DNA of 64,000 bases from an uncultured bacterium (GTDB taxonomy: Bacteria > Desulfobacterota_D > UBA1144 > Nemesobacterales > UBA2774). Positions 52,140-62,125 of the stretch are shown piece by piece. Both the position numbers and the translations under genes were made by a program. The notes under the pieces were generated by a model. The model was not told the DNA's origin and did no database searches. It saw nothing but the letters and a program-made list of their open reading frames with translations. Location: NCBI GenBank assembly GCA_963825135.1, contig CAWGRW010000009.1, positions 1,504,001 through 1,568,000 on the forward strand. The letters are read 5' to 3'. The number at the start of each line of letters is the position of its first letter. Position 1 is the first letter of the stretch.

Positions 52140-53483
52140 TCATCTGAAGAAGAAGTAACTCACGAGCGTAATCACTATTCCGCAGGCCGCGTCGATAAAG
52201 AGTCCCGCTTTTATCATTGCCCTCTGACGGACCCTCTCGGTCCCGAATACGAGGGCGTTCGGAGGCGTGCCCACGGGCAGCATGAAGCCGCAAGAAGCGG
52301 CAATCCCGACGCTGAGCGCGATCGCCTTAGGCGAATGCTGCATTGTCTCCTGTCCGAGGACGAGGAATATAGGGACCATTATCGCCGCGGTCGCGGTGTT
52401 GCTTGCGAACTCGGAAAGCAGGATAACGAACATCACCGACCCCAGAATGAGCGGGAACGGGCCGTGTATCGAAAGGTGGTCTCTCACCAGATCGGCGAGG
52501 AATTTACTCGCGCCCGTCTCCGACAGTACCGCGCTCAATACGATGCCCCCTCCGAATAGAAGCAATACGCCCCAGTCGGTGAACCTCTCTATCTCTTTCC
52601 ATTTTATCGTGCCCGATACTACCAGCATGAAGATCGCCAGTATAGCCACTATGGAGTCGAATTCCTTCTCGATGCCGAGGCGTGAGGATATCGGACCGCT
52701 GAATATCCATAGCACGACTGTTACCCCGAATATCGCCGCGAGCTTGTAGGTGTTTTTATCTATAGTGACCTGCCCGGGCCCGCTGTCCGCAGCGACACCT
52801 CCTTTGGGCAGCTCCGGCTTGAGCACGAGGTAGAGCACTAATACCATTATCGGCATCAGTATGAGCACGAAAGGTACGCCCACCTGGAGCCAGTCCCTGA
52901 AATCCATCCCGAGGTTGGCGGCGGTGATCGCGTTTGGGGGACTCCCCACTATGGTCCCAATCCCCCCTATGCTCGCCGCGTACGCGACCCCCAGGAGTAT
53001 GAATTCCTCCGTCGATGTCGTGCTCTCTTTAAGATTGGCGATGAGGCCGAGCGCGACGGGGAGCATTATAGCCGTCGTAGCCGTGTTGCTTATCCACATG
53101 CTGATCAGGGCGGTCGAGGCGAATAAACCGAGGACGGAGAGAAGGGAGTTCGCTCCCGCGGCCTTCATGATGTAGCCGGCGATGAGCCGGTCGAGGCCGT
53201 GCTTGTGGAGGCCTGCGGCGAGGGCGAATCCCCCGAGAAAGAGAAAAATGACCGGGTTCGCGAAATGGCCGAGAGCGTCTTTAACGTCGAATATTCCGGT
53301 GAGTACCGCAAGGACCGGAACGAGGAGCGCTGTTACGGTTATTGGCAGTGCTTCGGTAAACCATAGCACCGCTACGAATATAAGGATCGCCAGGCCTTTC
53401 AGCACGACTTTATCGACGGGTATTAGAAAATATACAGCGAGAGAAACAATAGCGTTTATCAGGATTATTAGGTTTTTATTCAT
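52140..53483 (-). CDS. DASS/SLC13 sodium:dicarboxylate/anion symporter
   Basis: Motifs W.TEALP, SMWISNTAT, GSPPN, W..LLLFGGG, SNTA and MLPV.TPPN. Confidence 0.93.
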   Translation of the reverse strand: MNKNLIILINAIVSLAVYFLIPVDKVVLKGLAILIFVAVLWFTEALPITVTALLVPVLAVLTGIFDVKDALGHFANPVIFLFLGGFALAAGLHKHGLDRLIAGYIMKAAGANSLLSVLGLFASTALISMWISNTATTAIMLPVALGLIANLKESTTSTEEFILLGVAYAASIGGIGTIVGSPPNAITAANLGMDFRDWLQVGVPFVLILMPIMVLVLYLVLKPELPKGGVAADSGPGQVTIDKNTYKLAAIFGVTVVLWIFSGPISSRLGIEKEFDSIVAILAIFMLVVSGTIKWKEIERFTDWGVLLLFGGGIVLSAVLSETGASKFLADLVRDHLSIHGPFPLILGSVMFVILLSEFASNTATAAIMVPIFLVLGQETMQHSPKAIALSVGIAASCGFMLPVGTPPNALVFGTERVRQRAMIKAGLFIDAACGIVITLVSYFFFR

Positions 53484-53618
53484 CAGCGGATCGGTGTTAA
53501 GTGCGGCTGAATCGCCCCGCGGCTGCCTGATAACTTACCGCTAAATTAGACATAGCTAAATCTACTTTAAACTTAATATTAACGATAGACCTTTTTTCTT
53601 TTTTTATTCCCTGAACAC

Positions 53619-53658
53619 GAGCGCAGTGTGCGGTCAAGTTGACACACAATGTGCGCTC
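53619..53658. other. Long imperfect inverted repeat (terminator or operator)
   Basis: GAGCGCA-GTGTG-CG-GTCAA-G-TTGAC-ACAC-AATG-TGCGCTC, between the coaX operon end and the DASS gene. Confidence 0.5.
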
Positions 53659-53708
53659 TTATACGATTACCCACACATCCTCCTCCGCACCCGGCGTATG
53701 CCCATATG

Positions 53709-54113
53709 TCAGCGGCGACTCGCCGCCTTTATTTTCTCGAGCACCCATAGTCTTTTGGCCGTCCATCTCCCCCATCCGGGGACAAGGAGCAAATACCTGC
53801 CTTGAAACCTCTCTCCCCGGGCCTTAATAACAAGCCTTATGCTGTTCGAAGCCTCGGTATCGAATTCTCCCCTGTCCCATACCTCCCACTTCCCGCTTCC
53901 CCAGCTATCTTCGGCCGCACGCTCACTGCCGCCGTTCATCGGGTGATCAGCCGGGTCCCTCTCTTCTATCGCGATTCTTTTTTCCTTGTATTTTTTGGGA
54001 ATATTCTTCGGAATTATCCAGTGCCTCACCTCTCCTTTATTATAGAGGATGAGGTCGTAGTGCCTACTTGAGGTCTTGTGCCTTCCGATGATGAAGTTAC
54101 AGGTTCCTTTCAT
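53709..54113 (-). CDS. Stand-alone LigD 3'-phosphoesterase (PE)-like domain, degenerate
   Basis: Motifs H.....HYD, W.IPK, KR.A, G.G...VWDRG and G....G.Y.L. The start overlaps the coaX end by 17 nt. Confidence 0.78.
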   Translation of the reverse strand: MKGTCNFIIGRHKTSSRHYDLILYNKGEVRHWIIPKNIPKKYKEKRIAIEERDPADHPMNGGSERAAEDSWGSGKWEVWDRGEFDTEASNSIRLVIKARGERFQGRYLLLVPGWGRWTAKRLWVLEKIKAASRR

Positions 54114-54861
54114 AGATCAGTTTCAGACCGCGGAGCGTGAGGAACTCGTCGACCTCCTCGATCGTCCCGGTCTCGGGCGCGATTAGCTCGGCTACTCCTC
54201 CGGTCGCAATAACGCGGGGCTCGGTTTTCATTTCCGATCTTATCTTTGCCACGACGCCGTCCACCAGGCCCGCGTAACCGTGTATGAGCCCCGACTGTAT
54301 ACTCTCTACTGTCGTTTTACCGATTATATTCTCTGGTTTCGCGATCTCCACCCTCGGGAGCTTCGACGCTTCCCTGTAGAGGGCTTCAGCCGAGATCATG
54401 AGCCCGGGTGTGATGACCCCCCCCATGTATTCCCCCTTCTCCGATACGCAGTCAAACGTCGTTGCCGTTCCGAAGTCGACCACTATAACAGCGCTCCCGT
54501 ATTTATCGTACGCCGCGACTCCGTTTACTATCCTGTCGGCCCCGACTTCCTTCGGGTTGTGATAGAGTATGGGCATCCCTGTCTTTACGCCCGGCCCCAC
54601 CACTACCGGGCTGACGTTGAAATAGGTTTTAATCGCATTCGATACCGTCGATTGTATTGTCGGCACGACGCAGGAAATTACCGCGCCGTCGACCGATCCC
54701 GGTTCTATATCCCTGATCTCCATCAGATCCCGGAACAGGATTCCGTATTCGTCCGACGTCTTGGATTTGTCCGTGCCTATACGCCAGTGACACTTTATCG
54801 TGTCACCGTCGAAAATTCCGAAGACGATATTCGTGTTCCCTATGTCGACCGCAAGCACCAT
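54097..54861 (-). CDS. coaX: Type III pantothenate kinase
   Basis: Motifs [30 protein letters not shown] and ATGG. Confidence 0.97.
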   Translation of the reverse strand: MVLAVDIGNTNIVFGIFDGDTIKCHWRIGTDKSKTSDEYGILFRDLMEIRDIEPGSVDGAVISCVVPTIQSTVSNAIKTYFNVSPVVVGPGVKTGMPILYHNPKEVGADRIVNGVAAYDKYGSAVIVVDFGTATTFDCVSEKGEYMGGVITPGLMISAEALYREASKLPRVEIAKPENIIGKTTVESIQSGLIHGYAGLVDGVVAKIRSEMKTEPRVIATGGVAELIAPETGTIEEVDEFLTLRGLKLIYERNL

Positions 54862-54952
54862 TATTTTTCTCCCGGTCCCTATAAGTAAATCCTCATTATT
54901 TTTTATTGCAAGCGGCGGGGTATCTATTTATAAGACCTATTGCATGCCGGGT

Positions 54953-57211
54953 TTATTTAAGCCCCCACCTTCGTCTGAGCGACCATTCCAAGAATAATAA
55001 CCCCACTATCAGCAGAAGGAATAGCGGGTTGTCCCAGAGCTTGACCGTTTCGTAGCCGGTTATCGTTTTTTTACGGGAATTATCGATCTTGAGCCCCTCC
55101 GGGTCGCCGCCGATCGTAATGTAGCTCCCTCCTGTAGCCCTCGCTATGGTCTTGAGTAAATTTAGATTCGAGGTAAGGCCCCTCAATTCACTCTCGGGCT
55201 GCTCGACGATAAAAGAGGTTTCTGACACGTCCGAATCGTCATAAGCAGCGTTTTCCCCGCCGGGGCGGGCGGTTATCTTATATGTTCCGGGCACGGCGAG
55301 CTCGATCGTATTCGAGAGTCTCTCACCCGAGTCTCTCTCCGGTTTCAGTCCGCTTACGCTGCCGTCAGGCATCGTGATCTCAACTTTCATGTCTTCGTCT
55401 CCCGCATCTTCCCCCCTCAGGTCCCAGATGCCGACTTCGGCCTTATCCCCCGGGTTATATACGGCGCTATCGGTTTCGACCCTTATGTCTTTCATCTCCG
55501 GGTCGTTTACGAACCACAGGAAAAGCCTGTTCCAGAACTTTTCATAGAGTGGTGATACGTCCCCCTCGCTCCCGTACACGAAATTCCATTTCCATGACGA
55601 GTCTGAGAGGAAGGTAGCGGCCTTGCCGGATCCGACCTTGGCCACGGCCAGTATCGGCTCCCCTTCCGGCGAGACCAGGAGGGGCACGGCGTCCGGATTT
55701 AGCCCCTCTACCATGTTAAACCCTTCGAGCTCCGGCATGCCGTTCCACTGCTTCTCGTTCTCTTCCCTGTCGGGGACTATCTTCATAATTGGGTGGTTCC
55801 TGCCGGCCGCGGTGAGTTTCGGCCGGAACGCCTCACTGCTGATCTTATCCGCACCCGTCCCCTTCGTGTAGCCGAGCTCGACGGGTAATATCTCCGAAAT
55901 CGGCGTCGTCCCGTAGTTCCCGCTGTCGAAGCTCTTGTTCCCCCCGATCATTAAAAACGCTCCGCCGTCGTTCATCACATAATCCCTGATGCTTCTGAGG
56001 TGGAATCCGAAGATGCCGTACGGCTGGAAGTTGAAATTCTGGAAAATCACTATATCGAATGTCGAAAGCTCGCTCCCGAAAATTTCGTTTACGGGGAAGG
56101 GGATCAGGCTCAGTTCGTTTTCCGTGGCGAAAACCAGGTCCGACGGGTCGCGTAAGATGAAAAACGAAACGAGGTCTATGTTCGGGTTTCTTTTAAGCGC
56201 CTTCCTCAGAAACCTCACGTCCCAGGACGGGCTGCCGGCTACGTGGAGTACCCGTATTTTATTTATGATTACATCCGTGTAGAAGGATTTCCGGTTGTTC
56301 TCGGGTACGGTCTCGTCTGACAGCACCGGTATGGATACGGTGTAGATTTTTCTGCCGAGCGTGATGGGGTTGATTTCGAAATCTGCCGTCCCTTCCTTCG
56401 TGCGCGGGTCTATATATACCTCCTTTATCGATATGAGCTTATCGCCTTCGTATAGCGAGGCGGGGATTCTCATGCCGACGGGTCCGCCCGACTTCACGAC
56501 CACGCTTATGGGGCAGGGGTATCTCAAAAAAGAGACTTCGTTCGAATTGATTTTATCTATCCATATGTCGTCGGTCGCGTCCCTGCCGAGCGCGCCGACC
56601 GTGTTGATCCTGACGCCCGTATCCTTGAGCGTTTCATCCGATAGGCCGTCCCCCTCATCCCCTCTCCGGGCGCCGTCGGATATAAGCATCACCTCGTCGA
56701 TCTCTCCCCTCCGTTTCTTTTCCGCGAGCTCCTTCATGAGCCCGCCTAACTCCGTGTGTTTGCCCGCGGGCTCATCGTTCATGATGGATTCTTCGGAGGA
56801 CGGTTCGAGGGTCTCGCCGAAGGTATAGTATTTGATGTTGAAATTCCCGCCGATGCGCGAGAAGAAATCGGCGTTGTCTTTAAAGAACGCCCTCACGGAA
56901 TCGATTCTTTTCTCGCCGCCCGGCTCTCCGGCGAGGTTCATGCTCCAGGACCCGTCCACCACCACGGCCAGGTTCTTCTTTTCCTCCTTGACGCTTTCTT
57001 CCTTGAGGGCCGGATTGGTCAGGATTAGCATGACTATTGCGAACGCGAGCACGTGGAGAGTCGTCAGAACCGCTCTCCTTTTCATGCTCCGGAGATTCCT
57101 CGTGCTCCGGAGCGATCCGTAAATTACGATCGCGAACAGCAAGAGGAATATTACACATTCCGCAACCCCGGGAGGGTTCAGGAAAACCAGTTTGCTTACA
57201 GCGGATTCCAT
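54953..57211 (-). CDS. Membrane protein with vWA-like and GATase-like (DUF1355-type) domains
   Basis: N-terminal TMs, motifs VVD.S.SM, LISDG, LVSFFILR, ELSLIPFP, GG.F.M.GG..SF and W.W, ending EW..RRRWG. Confidence 0.75.
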   Translation of the reverse strand: MESAVSKLVFLNPPGVAECVIFLLLFAIVIYGSLRSTRNLRSMKRRAVLTTLHVLAFAIVMLILTNPALKEESVKEEKKNLAVVVDGSWSMNLAGEPGGEKRIDSVRAFFKDNADFFSRIGGNFNIKYYTFGETLEPSSEESIMNDEPAGKHTELGGLMKELAEKKRRGEIDEVMLISDGARRGDEGDGLSDETLKDTGVRINTVGALGRDATDDIWIDKINSNEVSFLRYPCPISVVVKSGGPVGMRIPASLYEGDKLISIKEVYIDPRTKEGTADFEINPITLGRKIYTVSIPVLSDETVPENNRKSFYTDVIINKIRVLHVAGSPSWDVRFLRKALKRNPNIDLVSFFILRDPSDLVFATENELSLIPFPVNEIFGSELSTFDIVIFQNFNFQPYGIFGFHLRSIRDYVMNDGGAFLMIGGNKSFDSGNYGTTPISEILPVELGYTKGTGADKISSEAFRPKLTAAGRNHPIMKIVPDREENEKQWNGMPELEGFNMVEGLNPDAVPLLVSPEGEPILAVAKVGSGKAATFLSDSSWKWNFVYGSEGDVSPLYEKFWNRLFLWFVNDPEMKDIRVETDSAVYNPGDKAEVGIWDLRGEDAGDEDMKVEITMPDGSVSGLKPERDSGERLSNTIELAVPGTYKITARPGGENAAYDDSDVSETSFIVEQPESELRGLTSNLNLLKTIARATGGSYITIGGDPEGLKIDNSRKKTITGYETVKLWDNPLFLLLIVGLLFLEWSLRRRWGLK

Positions 57212-57253
57212 TACAATAAATTTACCACACGACTCCCCGGTTTTCTCGGCGGG

Positions 57254-58213
57254 TCAGGATAGCAGCAGCCTGCCTTCTTCCATGATCGGCTCGCCGTCGA
57301 CAGTTACGGTGGGCTTCATCACGACCCCGTCCAGGTGACTTGCCACCCTCACTGTCCCTCCCATGCTCTTGTTGTCGCCGAACGCTATGTGTATCGTCCC
57401 GATGGCCTTTTCGTCCTCGAGCACGCTCCCTGTGATGAGCGCCTTGTCGTGCGTCCCTATGCCGAGCTCCGCGAGGTTAAACGCGAGCTTTCCGAAGGGG
57501 GCCATTATCGAGAGCAGTTTCTCCGCTCCCGGCCCGCCCGTGATCTCAGTCGCGTAGCCCTCCTCCACCCTGACCCTGATCACTTCGTCAGTGAGCTTCC
57601 CGACCCCGGCCATAGAGCCGTCGAAAACGACGACACCGCTCGACTTCCCCTCCAGAGGCGCGACGTAAGCCTCGCCCGCGGGGAGGTTGCTGAAGTCCCC
57701 CGGATTGTGGTTGAGCCCTGTGTCCGCGCTCCCCTCCCTGCCTTCTATCACCAGATTGATGTCCGTGCCTTTGTCCGTCGTAACCCTCACGTTCGACCCG
57801 CGGCTAATTATCCTAGCGAGTTTCTTACTCCTCTCCGCGATGAGCTCGTAGTCGGCGTTGAGCGTCCTCACCATCGTGTCCTCTGTAATTCCCGGAAGCG
57901 TCGCTATCCTCACGCCGGCCCTGCTCGCGTTCCTTCTCGACTCCGTATGGCTGAGTGACTTGGATGTCGGAATGAGCACTGCGTCAAAGAGCTTCATGAA
58001 TTCGGCGACAGAGGGCGGAGGCTCCTCACCGTTTGATTTCCGGGGTATTATCTCCGTAATGACCGCCTCCGCGCCCAAACTCCCGGCGGCTTCCCAGAGG
58101 GCGTACCCGATTTTTCTGAGCGGCTCGTCGGTGATGACGAGCACGTTTTCGCCCTCCTTAATCGCCATACAGTCCCGCACCGCGATAAGCGCGGCGCTCA
58201 TCAATTTATCCAT
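57254..58213 (-). CDS. M29-family (thermophilic metalloprotease-like) aminopeptidase
   Basis: Motifs NLPAGE, AELGIG, EDEK..GT.H.A.G and SHLD. Confidence 0.88.
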   Translation of the reverse strand: MDKLMSAALIAVRDCMAIKEGENVLVITDEPLRKIGYALWEAAGSLGAEAVITEIIPRKSNGEEPPPSVAEFMKLFDAVLIPTSKSLSHTESRRNASRAGVRIATLPGITEDTMVRTLNADYELIAERSKKLARIISRGSNVRVTTDKGTDINLVIEGREGSADTGLNHNPGDFSNLPAGEAYVAPLEGKSSGVVVFDGSMAGVGKLTDEVIRVRVEEGYATEITGGPGAEKLLSIMAPFGKLAFNLAELGIGTHDKALITGSVLEDEKAIGTIHIAFGDNKSMGGTVRVASHLDGVVMKPTVTVDGEPIMEEGRLLLS

Positions 58214-58323
58214 CCCTTGAGTCTCCTCTCGTCATTCGTTTATTGTGCATACGGAATCCGATATTATAATATGCCCTATCCCGCTGCGCCCTGTAAATAC
58301 GCGCGCGGTACGGAGGAGTGAGA

Positions 58324-59325
58324 ATGCCTGAACTCGGTTTGGCGGCCCCATACTGGAGCGACATGAAAACGGAAGAGCTCGTAGAAACGGCCAGGCTCGC
58401 CGAGGAGCTCGGGTACCATTCGATATGGGTCCCCGAGATGTGGGGGCGCGACGCGTTCTCGATTCTGGGATTGATAGCGGCCAATACCGGAAGGATAGGG
58501 CTCGCAACCGGGATAATCCCCGTGTACAGCAGGAGCCCCGCGGTCATCGCTCAGACCGTTGCGACGCTCGACGAGATTTCGGGCGGGCGCATGATGCTCG
58601 GCCTCGGCACGAGCGGCCCCGCCGTGATAGAGAAATGGCACGGCGTAGGCTTTGAGAGACCGCTTCAGAGGACTAGGGAGTATGTCGAGATAATAAAAAT
58701 GATTTTGAGGGGAGAGCGGGTCGACTACGAGGGCGAGATCTTTTCGCTCAAGGGTTTCAGGCTCCAGTTCAAGCCGTTGAGGAGCGATATACCCGTTCTC
58801 GTGGCGGCGATAGGTCCCAGGAACATACGCCTTGCCGGGGAAGTCGCGGACGGCTGGATACCGTTTCTCATACCGAGAGAGGGTTTAAAAGACGCAGGCC
58901 GGGAGCTACACGAAGGGGCGCGCTCAAGAGGGAAGGGACCGGATGAATTTATGATCTGTCCGTATATAACCGCGTCGGTATCAGGGGATGCGGATGCGGC
59001 GGTAAAGACGGTGAAGGAACATATTGCTTATTATATCGGCGGCATGGGGGATTTTTATTTCAATACCGTCAGCAGGTACGGGTTCGGGGACGAAGCGAAT
59101 GCGATTAAAAGCGCGTGGGAAAGCGGAAAGAAGAGCGCCGCGGCAGAGGTTGTGAGCGACAGAATGCTCGATTCGCTTTCCGTCTCGGGAACCCCGGAGC
59201 ACGGCAGGGCTATAATCGCGGAGTACTATAAAGAAGGCGCCTCCGTCCCGGTGCTTGTTTTCCCGCCCAAGGCCTCGCGGGAGCTCGTGAGGGAAACCAT
59301 CATAAGTCTAGCTCCACTCGGGTAG
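58324..59325 (+). CDS. LLM-class oxidoreductase, probably F420-dependent (Mer-like)
   Basis: Motifs AEELGY.S.W.PE.WG.DA, T..I.L..GI, R.P, GR..LGLG.SGP...E.WHG and A.GP.N..L.GE.ADG. cofC is in the same window. Confidence 0.85.
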   Translation: MPELGLAAPYWSDMKTEELVETARLAEELGYHSIWVPEMWGRDAFSILGLIAANTGRIGLATGIIPVYSRSPAVIAQTVATLDEISGGRMMLGLGTSGPAVIEKWHGVGFERPLQRTREYVEIIKMILRGERVDYEGEIFSLKGFRLQFKPLRSDIPVLVAAIGPRNIRLAGEVADGWIPFLIPREGLKDAGRELHEGARSRGKGPDEFMICPYITASVSGDADAAVKTVKEHIAYYIGGMGDFYFNTVSRYGFGDEANAIKSAWESGKKSAAAEVVSDRMLDSLSVSGTPEHGRAIIAEYYKEGASVPVLVFPPKASRELVRETIISLAPLG

Positions 59326-59342
59326 GAAATATCCTCATATGC

Positions 59343-59365
59343 GACGGGCTCAATGAGATCCCGTC
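59343..59365. terminator. Hairpin between convergent LLM and sigma genes
   Basis: GACGGG-CTCAATGAGAT-CCCGTC with no clear U-tract. Confidence 0.35.
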
Positions 59366-59379
59366 TCGGCATGTGCGCC

Positions 59380-60595
59380 TCAGCAGGTTATGAAATCTTT
59401 CAGCACGCTGCCGTTGCTTAGCTGTCGTAACTTCTTGAGCGCCCGCCTCTCGATCTGCCTGATGCGCTCCCTCGTAAGGCTGTACCTGTTCCCGATCTCG
59501 TCAAGCGTGTAAGACTCGTCATAACCTATGCCGAACCTCATCCTCAGTATGTCCTCTTCCCTGTCCGTCAGGCTCGACAGCGCTTCCTCTATCTTCTCCG
59601 TCATGGAGACCCTGGCTAGGAGAGTGTCCGCGGCGGGCCTTGTGTCGGGTATGAAATCCAGGAAGCTGTTCTTGGCCTCGCCGTTATTGGGGTTTACCGC
59701 ATCGAGGTACACGATGTTAGTCGAGGTGGCTTTGATTACCTTGTTGACTTTCTTTACGCTGAGACCCGCTTCGTGGGCTATGTTCTCGATATCCGGGTTC
59801 TCGCCGTTTTCATGCCTGAGCATATTGGCCGTTCTCGTGATCTTATTCGCCTGCTCCAGCACGCGCACTGGTATTCTTATCACCCTGGTCTGATCGAAGA
59901 GCGAACGAGTTATGCTCTGTATTATCCACCAGGATGCGTAGGTCGAGAACCTGTACCCCTTTGAAGGATCGAATTTCTCGACTGCCTTGATGAGTCCTAT
60001 GTTTCCTTCCTGTATTATGTCCGCCAGCGCTAGTCCCCTCCCCATGTAATTCTTCGCGATGCTTATCACGAGCCTGAGGTTTGATTTAATGAATTTATCC
60101 TTATTGTTTATTTCCTTGCTCTTGTAAGCCCGCAATAGCGCTGACAAGCCTGTTCAGAGTCGTTTTTAAAGAGACACGGTCCAGGCCCTTATTCCCATCC
60201 TGAGCGATTGATTTTTTCTGATTTTGCCGGCACTCGCAGACCCTTTGCGCTTTTACTTTGCCGACGCTTTTCTCGGTGAGTTCGTTAATTAAAGCCTCGA
60301 GCTTACGGGCCCTGGCGTTAAACTTTTTTATCTTCGTCGCAATTCTGAGTTCGTCCGAGGCGGTCAGGAGCGATTCGGTCCCCACTTCCTTGAAGTATGA
60401 CTGCAGGAGCTTATAATCGTCATCGGGGATGACTCTCTGCTTGCCGTTACTCCTTCCGTTGGCGGAGACGCTCATAATATTTTGATCGTAGGCAAAATCG
60501 TTTATCATGGATTTCTGTTTACCGAAATCATGGCTGCTCATCAGGCTGCCCGACGCACTGCGGTGTGACGCCTCTCTATAATTGTTCCGACCCAT
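59380..60595 (-). pseudogene. Group-2 (RpoD/RpoS-like) sigma70 factor split by a +1 frameshift (or an assembly error)
   Basis: Region 1.2 (LQSYFKEVG...LLT..DE) is in ORF 60101-60634. Regions 2-4 ([29 protein letters not shown]) are in ORF 59380-60147. Removing 1 nt near 60148 joins them. Confidence 0.85.
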
Positions 60596-60651
60596 TTGAT
60601 TTATCCTCCGGTTATTTGACTTCAAATCTTTCATCCTCCGGTGAATTTAGA

Positions 60652-60667
60652 TGCAATGTTCATGCCA
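60652..60667 (-). promoter_or_regulatory. sigma54 (RpoN) -24/-12 promoter
   Basis: The minus strand reads TGGCATGAACATTGCA, which is GG-N10-GC and matches TGGCAYR-N4-TTGCW. It points into the sigma gene. Confidence 0.8.
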
Positions 60668-60757
60668 CAGGGCAATTGTTCGCCCCAACCCACTATTATC
60701 ATTAATTAATACGCTTGATAATAGTTTAGCGGCTTTCTCTTCCGAATTATTTATTTG

Positions 60758-60772
60758 TGACAAAAAATGTCA
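60758..60772. promoter_or_regulatory. Palindromic candidate enhancer-binding-protein site
   Basis: TGACA-AAAAA-TGTCA about 90-105 bp upstream of the sigma54 -24 element. Confidence 0.5.
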
Positions 60773-61072
60773 TCGCGAGGATAATTGGCCGGAAAATGAA
60801 AGCAAAAAGCGGTCTAGCCGGTTACCAAAAATTTCATGAGCCGATTCCGGCATGACCCATTTTTGACGTTATCTACGTGACTCCGGCCGTCGCGCGCGTG
60901 TTTCAGTTCCCTCACGGCCTGTTTCTTCTCTCTCACTGCCCTCGGGTCGACTGCCGCGGGCGGCCCGCAATTTGTTGACAACACCTTCGATTAAAGTAAA
61001 TATTAGCGGGGTCGATAGAACTGAACCCCTGAATTTATCTGTCGAAATAATCTTCTCGCGAGGGCTTATGAA

Positions 61073-62008
61073 ATGAGAATTCTTCTTACGGGCGGCGCCG
61101 GGTTTATAGGGTCATGGGTTGCGGAAGAGTACATCGGGGCGGGTCATGAGGTCCTGGTCCTGGACGACCTTTCGACAGGGAAGATGGAGAATATCCCAGA
61201 GGGCGCGTCTTTCATAAAATGTGACATACGGGACGAGGACGCGGTCCGCGGTATTTTTTCCGATTTCCGTCCTGAGATAGTAAACCATCATGCCGCTCAA
61301 ATCGACGTAAGAAAATCCGTCGAGGACCCGGCATACGATGCCTCCGTAAATATCATCGGGACGATTCGACTCCTCGAGTCCTCCGTCAGGAGCGGAGTGA
61401 AGAGGTTCGTATTCGCATCGACCGGGGGCGCGATATACGGGGAGCCCGCGAGCCTGCCGGCCGATGAAAAAACCCCGCCTATGCCCATCTCTCCATACGG
61501 CACGTCTAAATATGCTGTAGAAAAATACCTCGAATACTACAATCACACCTATTCTCTTGACTACGTCGCTCTCAGGTACGCGAATGTCTACGGGCCTCGG
61601 CAGAACCCTCACGGGGAGGCGGGAGTTATTGCCATATTCTGCAGCCGCATACTCTCCGGACAGCCCTGCACGGTATTCGGGGACGGAACTCAGACGAGGG
61701 ACTACGTGTACGCGGGCGATGTAGCCAGCGCCAACCTGTGCGCTCTCGCGTCTCCCTCCGGAAGCTATAATATAGGGACACAGCTCGAGACCTCTGTGAA
61801 CGGCCTCATAACGGAGCTCGAGGCTGCTTCGGGATTAAATTTCATCGTGATGAACGCGGACGCCCGCGCGGGCGAAGTCGGAAGGATCAGCCTCGACGTG
61901 AGACTCGCCGGCAAGATACTCGGATGGGCGCCGAGCGTTTTTCTGGCGAAGGGAATAAAGAGTACGTGGGAGTGGTTTAAAGCAGGCTCTTCCGGAACTG
62001 AACGATAG
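61073..62008 (+). CDS. UDP-glucose 4-epimerase-like extended SDR
   Basis: Motifs TGGAGFIG, HHAAQ, ASTGGAIYG, YGTSK, RYANVYGP and RDYVY. Confidence 0.92.
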   Translation: MRILLTGGAGFIGSWVAEEYIGAGHEVLVLDDLSTGKMENIPEGASFIKCDIRDEDAVRGIFSDFRPEIVNHHAAQIDVRKSVEDPAYDASVNIIGTIRLLESSVRSGVKRFVFASTGGAIYGEPASLPADEKTPPMPISPYGTSKYAVEKYLEYYNHTYSLDYVALRYANVYGPRQNPHGEAGVIAIFCSRILSGQPCTVFGDGTQTRDYVYAGDVASANLCALASPSGSYNIGTQLETSVNGLITELEAASGLNFIVMNADARAGEVGRISLDVRLAGKILGWAPSVFLAKGIKSTWEWFKAGSSGTER

Positions 62009-62125
62009 GCCCCCCGGGAGTCTAAATTATCGTGCGGGCGGACAGGGCCGCCAATCTAACCCGGCGCGGCTTGATTGCGAATCGGGGTTGTTAAGGTATC
62101 CTTAACCAACTCGGAGGTTCAATTC

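Noticed and set aside
60163..60172. Slippery T TTA AAA heptamer in the sigma gene
   Set aside because: A -1 shift leads to a stop, not to the downstream sigma frame, which needs +1.
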